From NCBI GenBank assembly GCA_964016885.1, contig OZ024753.1, positions 10,230,001-10,294,000 of the forward strand: a stretch of 64,000 nucleotides of DNA, given 5' to 3'. The stretch is from Eledone cirrhosa (Eukaryota). How positions within the stretch are numbered: the first letter of the stretch is position 1; each line of letters starts with the position of its first letter. The position numbers and the translations under genes were made by a program. The notes beneath the pieces were generated by a model. That model had not been told where the DNA came from and made no database searches. It worked only from the letters and a program-made list of their open reading frames with translations. Shown piece by piece: positions 55,724 to 64,000 of this stretch.

Positions 55724-56114
55724 CAGAAGGGATATTCAATTTGTTGGTAATTCAACAAATATAAATGTTTATAACTGATTCAGAGCACTCATCTTAACAA
55801 TTTTGAAATATCTGTCTAACTCCACTATCCAAGGAAAACTTCAACCGTTAAGATATGTTCCTTGGCTATGTCAAAATTTATAAAACACACTTTGTATTTT
55901 ATCTGATGAAAGCGTACCAAAGATTTTGGTACCCTTGAAATATATATAATAGAATAAATATGGTTTTATAAATATAGTTTCCATTTATTTTAGTATCATT
56001 GAATTGTATATATATATATATATTATTTAGTTGTTCTATCTGTGTGAGTCTGATTTGTTTTATTAGTTTGGTTTTTGTATGTGTCTGTATGTCTTCATTT
56101 TGTCCTTAATTACT

Positions 56115-56358
56115 AGTTGTGATGGTGTTATTCCACTCATGTTTTCTGTTTAATTTTGGTTGGAGTTCGTTTATATTTGTTGCTTCTGTGATTTTGTCTG
56201 AGCATTGCATCTTTTGTGTGGTTATCATTTTTAACTCTATGTTCCTTAATGTGCCCATATGTTCTATTTTGGAACGTTGGTGGCGTACTGATGAGTTTTT
56301 CCCATCCTGGAGTTCTCGCTAGTGTCCATTTATACTACGGCCTGTTTCACACATACAA
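56115..56358 (-). pseudogene. Degraded GIY-YIG endonuclease C-terminus (Penelope-like element)
   Basis: Minus-strand translation: ETGRSINGH*RE...KNSSVRHQ...KITEATNINELQPKLNRKHEW. This resembles the (YIG)ETGR.L..R..EH...EA..I....P.LNR pattern of PLE endonucleases. Confidence 0.55.
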
Positions 56359-59209
56359 ACAAGTGAAATCCGTGTGATCTTTAATTAAATGTACAGCCTA
56401 TCCAATGGGCTTCCGTACGGTTTTCATCTACATTTGCAGGCCTTAATAAATCTCATGGATGTTATTCTTCCCCCGTTTAAGAAGATATTAAAAAAAAATA
56501 ACTGATTCTGTTTGTTGTTTCTGCATTACATAAAGATTTAAATATTCAATGAATGGAAATAATCCAGTACAAGTTAACAATGTCCTCTTTCACAAGACAT
56601 GGTCGTCTGTTATTAATACCTGTTGCTGCTTCATCAGCGGTGATGGAAGCATTTCTGAATGAGGTGGTGGTGGGCAAATTTGGTCAATTTAGTTGTAGTG
56701 ATTAGTTTAGCTGTTATTATCAGCGGAAAGGTGTTGGATTGGCAGTATCGGTAGAGGGTCGGACGCCATGCTTTGCAGAATAGAGCTACGGCTTATTATG
56801 ATTTGAATTCAAAGCCCGCCGAGATTAACTCTGCCTTTCATCCTGACGGGGTCGATAAAATAAAGTACCAGTAATACACTGGAGTAATTGCTGGCCTTGT
56901 GCTTATAGTAGAAATCATTATTAGTAGGTCAAATGATTGATATGGAGACCCAATTTTTGTTTCAGGTCTTACACTGAATGCTTCTTCTGCGCTGGTGTTA
57001 GTTTATCTAATGCGTTGTCACCCCCTACCATAATCTTAGACGTATAATACTCCTGCCTGTAAAACAACAACTACAACTACAACTACAACATGATGTAGGG
57101 CAGTAGAACAGACTAGCACTCAATGACCTAGCTCTAGCCGCCATCTTATTCTTTACTGACAATAAATTATTCTGTCCTCCAACAACAGCAACATCTCGCT
57201 GTGTTGATGAGTCAATCGTGATTCTCTCTCCTTCAGCTATCACTTGTCATTCGGTTGTTATCAAGTTGACATGAGAGGGTCTGTCCTTTGTAACGAAGTC
57301 ACAGCACCTCCACCACCTCCACCACCACCTCCACCACCACCTCCACCACTACCACTAACACCACTAACACCGTCACTGACACCACCACCACCACCACCAC
57401 CACCACCACTACCACCACCACTACCATCACTAACACCACCACCTCCACCACAACCAACACTAACACCGTCACTGACACCACCACCACCTCCACCACCACC
57501 ACCACCTCCACCACCACTACCACTAACACCACTAACACCGTCACTGACACCACCACCACCACCACCACCACCACCACCTCCACCACTACCACTAACACCA
57601 CTAACACCATAACCAACCACCACCACCACCACCACCACCACTACCATCACTAACACCACCACCTCCACCACTACCATCACTAACACCACAACCAACCACC
57701 ACCACCACCACCACCACCACCACCACTACCATCACTAACACCACAACCAACCACCACCACCACCACCACCACCACCACTACCATCACTAACACCACCACC
57801 TCCACCACTACCATCACTAACACCACCACCACCACCACCACCACTACCATCACTAACACCACAACCAACCACCACCACCACCACCACCACCACTACCATC
57901 ACTAACACCACCACCACCACCACCACCACCACCACCACCTCCACCACTACCATCACTAACACCACCACCTCCACCACAACCAACCACCACCACCACCACC
58001 ACCACCACCACCACCACCACCACCACCACCACCACCACCACCATCACTAACACCACCACCTCCACCACAACCAACACTAACACCGTCACTGACATCACCA
58101 CCGCCGCCACCACCACCACCACCTCCACCACTACCAACACTAACACCGTCACTGACACTACCACCACCACCACCACCTCCACCACTACCATCACTAACAC
58201 CGTCACTGACACCACCACCACCACCATCAACGTCATCACCACCACCACCATCAACGTTACCACCACCATCAAGACCACCACCACCAACACTACCACCACC
58301 ATCAACACCACCACCACCATCAACACCACCACCACCATCAACACCACCACCACCAACACTACCACCATCAACGTCACCACCACCACCACCACCACCACCA
58401 CCACCACCACCATCAACACCACCACCACCATCAACGCCACCATCTTAACTTCTACTACATTAGTAGTGGTGTCGTAGCGATATCCAGCATACAGCAATAT
58501 GGTCGCACCATGTGTTGCACTGAACCTCCCTGAAAATTGCGTCAGGAATACACGTGTCTGTGGAGTGCTAGTCCCACATGTATAATATCAAATGATATTA
58601 ATAAATGGAAACTATATTTATAAAACCAAATTTATTCTATTATATATATTTCGAGGGTATTACAACTTTGGTACGCTCTCATCAGATAAAATACAAAGTT
58701 TGTTTTATAAATATTGACATATCCAGGAACTATTTAATTGGTGTTGGATGCTTAAAGCGTCCGTATGCGGTAGGCCGTTTGAGCACTCGATGCTCTCATA
58801 GAGCAGAGTATGATATCACAGAGAATCTGCTTCGTAGAATCAAGACGTATCTGAAGACCTTGCGATTTTCAGAGTCAGGTTCGATCATCACATCTATATA
58901 TATATATATTAGTTTAACAATTGTAGAAATAACGAAGGCAAGTTATTTTACATATCATTTCATTGTTTTACGATCGTTTCGGAGAGTTGATCATATTGAT
59001 ACATTGGCTGATCTAAAGACCCTACCACGAAAGGTAGACTACATTGTGTGTGTATATATATATATATGTATATATAATATATATATATATATATAACAAA
59101 GAGGATGTGGTAAGAAACAAGGTGAACCACAACGCACCAGGGTACGCCTGAACTAGTTCGGATCTAGCTGTCGAAACGGCCGGAGCTCAGCCGTCGGGGT
59201 CCTGAATCT

Positions 59210-59249
<40 letters not shown>

Positions 59250-59363
59250 ATACATATATGATTACACACACACACATAGTTTTTTTTTTCGTGGTGTATA
59301 TATATATATATATATATATATAGTATTAAGGGTACTATTTATGGTTATGCAAATACAATAAAT

Positions 59364-59410
59364 TGCTCCGAAGAATCCAAACCTCGGTTTGGAGGAAACA
59401 ATTGTAAGCA
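59364..59410 (+). ncRNA. Type I hammerhead motif, CCGAAGA core variant
   Basis: tgct-CCGAAGA-a tccaaacc tc ggtttgga g-GAAA-caattg-TA-agca; the 3' half is duplicated at 59609-59670. Confidence 0.68.
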
Positions 59411-59485
59411 TTTAAATGATTTGATCAGAACTTTGATTTTTATAACTTATATATGTATATATATAAATATATATATATATGTTTG

Positions 59486-59522
<37 letters not shown>

Positions 59523-59523
59523 G

Positions 59524-59557
<34 letters not shown>

Positions 59558-59684
59558 CACGCACATATACATACACACACACATATACACACACACACAC
59601 ATACACACAGTTTGGAGGAAACAATTGTAAGCATTTAAATGATTTGATCAGAATTTTGATTCATATAACTTATATATATATATG

Positions 59685-59769
<85 letters not shown>

Positions 59770-59978
59770 CCACACGCACATATACATACACACACACATA
59801 TACATACACACACACATACACATACACACACATATACACACACAGAAAGTTTCAGCAGTTATTATAAGGAAAAAAACCAATTGGACATATAAAATATGTT
59901 TTGATAAGATACTGCAAATCGAATTTTCTAGAATTGTATCAACGTGCGTTCTCCTTAATCTTATTTTGGTTTTGTTTA

Positions 59979-60015
<37 letters not shown>

Positions 60016-60196
60016 GTTATTATTGTTATTGTTGTTGGTGTTGTTGTTGTGTGTATATGTTTGCATGTATGTAACACCAGTGTTTACGTGTATATGTATG
60101 TATGTAACCCCAGTGGTTGTGAGTGTACGTATGTGTGTGTGTGTATGTATGTAGCATCAGTGTGTATGTATGTATGTATGTATGTATGTATGGTGG

Positions 60197-60366
60197 CATG
60201 GGCCCAGCACTATGTGTCAATAATTGTCACACGTGTAGTGTTTGTACCAGAGTTTTCAAGTCGCTGGCTGGACTAAAAAGCCACACTCGTTCAGCGCATC
60301 GGTAGGAGTTCTCCTACATGGATATAGAGTAGTGGCCGTACTCGAAAACGAGTTGGCAGCCTCCAT
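60197..60366 (+). mobile_element. 5'-truncated copy of the bipartite RTE element
   Basis: Encodes HTCSVCTRVFKSLAGLKSHTRSAHR* plus the 3'UTR; embedded in (TATG)n. Confidence 0.75.
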
Positions 60367-60387
60367 GTATGTATGTATATAACACCC

Positions 60388-60445
<58 letters not shown>

Positions 60446-60450
<5 letters not shown>

Positions 60451-61063
60451 ACGTTAAGACGGGCGTTCGGGAAAGTGAAAGTAAATTTATTTTCATTTTC
60501 GAACGTCGTGTTTACATTTGTGTGTGTGTGTAGTTGACGGTTGAGAGAAGAGTACTCAATACCGAAGTAATCTTGTAATGAGGCTTGCACATGCTGGCGA
60601 CGAAGCTTCTTCTTTGAACGGCTCCATGTGTTCTTTATGAGCTGTGTGTGCACATCAAGGTCCGCAGGATCTACAAAGTTCCGTTCGTGCACCACAACAT
60701 CATGAACGTAAATCCCACCTTCAATTTCCAAATAGGAAGCCCAACCATCGGAGATGATGCGGCTGTCTGGCAAAATCCCTGCTGAATGATGGGGACGAGA
60801 GTGTCAGAGCTTCGATTTCGGACTTCTGCAAGGCAGCAGCGTCTCGAATGGCGGACTCACCATTCTGCAAGCCTCATTACAAGATTACTTCGGTATTGAG
60901 TATTCTTCTCTCAACCGTCAACTACACACACACACACATATACTTATATATATAATCAGTTAAAACGACACTCATTTAGATCTAAACACACACAAAATGT
61001 AAACACGACGTTCGAAAATGAAAATAAATTTACTTTCACTTTCCCGAAAGCCCGTCTTAACGT

Positions 61064-61068
<5 letters not shown>
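60446..61068 (-). mobile_element. Merlin (IS1595/ISXO2-related) DNA transposon derivative with long inverted arms
   Basis: TIR ggcatacgttaagacggg...cccgtcttaacgtatgcc with ~140-bp inverted arms. Internal fragment VRNRSSDTLVPIIQQ/ILPDSRIISDGWASY...HDVVVHERNFVDP...VHTQLIKNTWSRSKKK. Confidence 0.8.
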
Positions 61069-61137
<69 letters not shown>

Positions 61138-61436
61138 AATGAAAGGTATAGAAAACATTGTAGCGATAAGCCAACAGTATTCCATAATATATATATATAT
61201 GTAGGAGGTGAGTTTTATTGTAGCACAATAAAGCAATGCAATATATGTATATGAATGTGTATGTATGTATGTATGTATGTATGTGTGTGTATGTATGTGT
61301 GTATGTATGTGTATGTATGTGTGTGTATGTAACATCAGTGTCTATGTGTGTATATATATATATGTATGTACGTATGTAACACCAGTGTATATATGAATGT
61401 GTATGTATGTATGTATGTATGTATGTATGTATATGT

Positions 61437-62044
61437 CAGGTCACCAGTTGGTGCTACTGGTAACATGTATCCCAGTACAACCTGTCCCATGGTCGGGTCG
61501 TTGGCGACTAAACTGGCAACCCCACCAAGGTTTCTTGGTGAGGAGGGTGACTTTGGACATCCTGCAGGACTAAAAACAAAACCTGTCAAAGGGCAAAGGA
61601 GCTCTTAAGAGTCAATGGCCATCCAAAATCACCGGGAGAGATGACCCCTTAGCCTTTGTCAAGGCAGAATTCTAGGAGAAGGAAAACTCTGATATAACAC
61701 CTGCAACCCTGATGGTATCCAATGATGTTGACTTGTTCTTCTTTTTGGTAAATATCATCTTGGTTAAGAGAGTGGGACTGGCTTTGTGCAGTGCCTTTGC
61801 TCACTATAAAAGCTTCACGGCACAGGCATTGCTTTATATCTGGAGATCTCTCTGCACTTGTCGTCACATGGTACCATGGGCCCAGCACTATGTGTCAGTA
61901 ATTGTCACAAGTGTAGTGTTTGTACCAGAGTTTTCAAGTCGCTGGCTGGACTAAAAAGTCACACTCGTTCAGCGCATCGGTAGGGGTTCTCCTACATGGA
62001 TATAAAGTAGTGGCCGTACTCGAAAACGAGTTGGCAGCCACCAT
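61437..62044 (+). mobile_element. Bipartite non-autonomous RTE derivative (second full copy)
   Basis: Near-identical to 4401-4980; followed by an atgtatgt tail. Confidence 0.75.
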
Positions 62045-62257
62045 GTATGTATATAACACTCGTGTATATGTGTGTATATATATATGTATGTAGAGAAATG
62101 TGAGAGGGCGGGAGTGGAGAGAGAGAGAGAGGGGGGTGGCTATGAAAATATTGTCTTTCAATATTGAATAATCTGTTATATTAGATTGAAAGACAATATA
62201 TTGTTACTGGCAAATATTGAATAACAACAAACAACATAAAACATACATTAGTAATAG

Positions 62258-62315
<58 letters not shown>

Positions 62316-63431
62316 AATATAAAATACTTTCATATTAATAACTGCAACAACAAACACAACAAGTACAATAACAACAAAAAGTAATCACACATATCAATAA
62401 CAACTACTACCACAGCTACAGGAACAACAACAATAACAACAACAACAGGAACAACAACAATAACAACAACAATAACGACAACAACAGGAAGAACAATAAT
62501 AACAGCAGGAACAACAACAGTAACAACAACAGCAGGAACAACAGGAACAATAACAACAACAACAACAACAACAATAACAACAGGAACAACAACAGTAACA
62601 ACAACAACAGGAACAACAATAATATTAATGATTTCATTTATTAGCCACAAGGGCCGACATGTATAATATTTGTTTCTACATTTGGCACAAGGCCAGCAAT
62701 TATATCAGTGTATTACTGGTACTTTATTTTATCGACTCCGTAAGGATGAAAGGCAAAGTCAACCTCGGCGGGATTTGAACTCAGATCGTAAAGGGACGTA
62801 ACTCTTTGCTTCAAAGCATGGCGTACGACTCTCTACCTATACTGCCAATCCAATAATAATAATAAGAAGAACAACGACAATAATAACAACAAAAACAACA
62901 GGAACACAACAACAGGAACAACAATAACAACAACAACAGGAACAACAACAGTAACAACTATTTGGTCTGAGTTCAAATCCCACCGAGGTCAACTTTGCCT
63001 TTTCTTCCTTTCGAGGTCGATAAATAAAGTACCAGTCAACTACTAGGGTAGATTCTACCTCTCTCTCTCTCATATATATATATAAGCAAAGGGATATTTA
63101 ATTTGTTGGTAATTCAACAAATATATATATTTGTAACAGATTCAAAGCACTCAACAAGTTTTCTGGAGTATAATATCAATGATATTAATAAATGGAAACT
63201 ATATTTAAAAAACCATATTTATTCTATTATATATATTTCGAGGGTATTACAACTTTGGTACGCTCTCATTAGATAAAATACAAAGTTTGTTTTATAAATA
63301 TTGACATATCCAGGAACTATTTAATTGGTGTTGGATGCTTAAAGCGTCCGTATGCGGTAGGCCGTTTGAGAACTCAATGCTCTCATAGAGCAGAGTATGA
63401 TATCACAGAGAATCTGCTTCGTAGAATCAAG

Positions 63432-63525
63432 ACGTATCTGAGGACCTTGCGATTTTCCGAGTCAGGTTCGATCATCACATCGATCGTGCCTCGAGCTGGT
63501 CGCCAGAGAAACGATTGTAATATGT
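63432..63525 (+). ncRNA. Type I hammerhead with an extended stem II (family G)
   Basis: acgtat-CTGAGGA-(~63 nt)-GAAA-cgattg-TA-atatgt. Confidence 0.62.
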
Positions 63526-64000
63526 CCAATAAATTCCATTCATCAGTTCGAATACGTGGTATGGTACCTTATGGTAGAACAACGAAGTAATAAGACACAA
63601 ATATATTAGGTTAGTTAATAATTGTTTCTACTTTAGGCACAAGGCCAGCAAATACCCAGTTCATTACTGGTACTTTATTTTATCGACCCCGTAAGGATGA
63701 AAGGCAAAGTTAACCTCGGCGGGATTTGAACTCAGATCGTAAAGGGACGTAATTATGCTGGAAAGCATGGCGTCCGACCCTCTACCGATACTGCCAATCC
63801 ACCGCCCTTGGTTAGTTAATAATGTCCAGGATATTGGTAACTGAAGTCAACAGAAGAGGGAGCTAGTTGTTCCCTTTTTATTTATCGACCTTGCACAAAG
63901 ACAGACAAACACGTTAGAACGTCAGATAGAATGCTTTATGGTATTCGTTTCGGCTCTCTGAGTTGAAATCCTGCCGAGGTCTACTGCACCTCACTACACC

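Overview
Eukaryotic, AT-rich, essentially non-coding window. The SINE repertoire and the extreme density of (TA)n/(CA)n/(TATG)n microsatellites point to an octopod cephalopod; this is an inference. No intact protein-coding gene is visible. There is one possible exon at the left edge (minus strand, 63..1) and one slightly degenerate tRNA-Ala(CGC). Nearly all supplied ORFs are microsatellite artefacts. The rest is a mosaic of mobile-element relics: ~25 Meta-domain tRNA-SINE copies, CORE-like SINEs, RTE/CRE/R4-type LINE fragments, a bipartite non-autonomous RTE, Helitrons, MITEs, a Merlin transposase relic and several minisatellites. The most striking signal is a swarm of about 25 type-I hammerhead ribozyme motifs from about 14 different sequence families. 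Most have a minimal palindromic stem III (the dimer-type signature), and many sit in short tail-outward inverted-repeat elements embedded in (TA)n. They are best read as Penelope-like-element pseudo-LTR or retrozyme-like relics. Coordinates were read by eye and may be off by a few bases.
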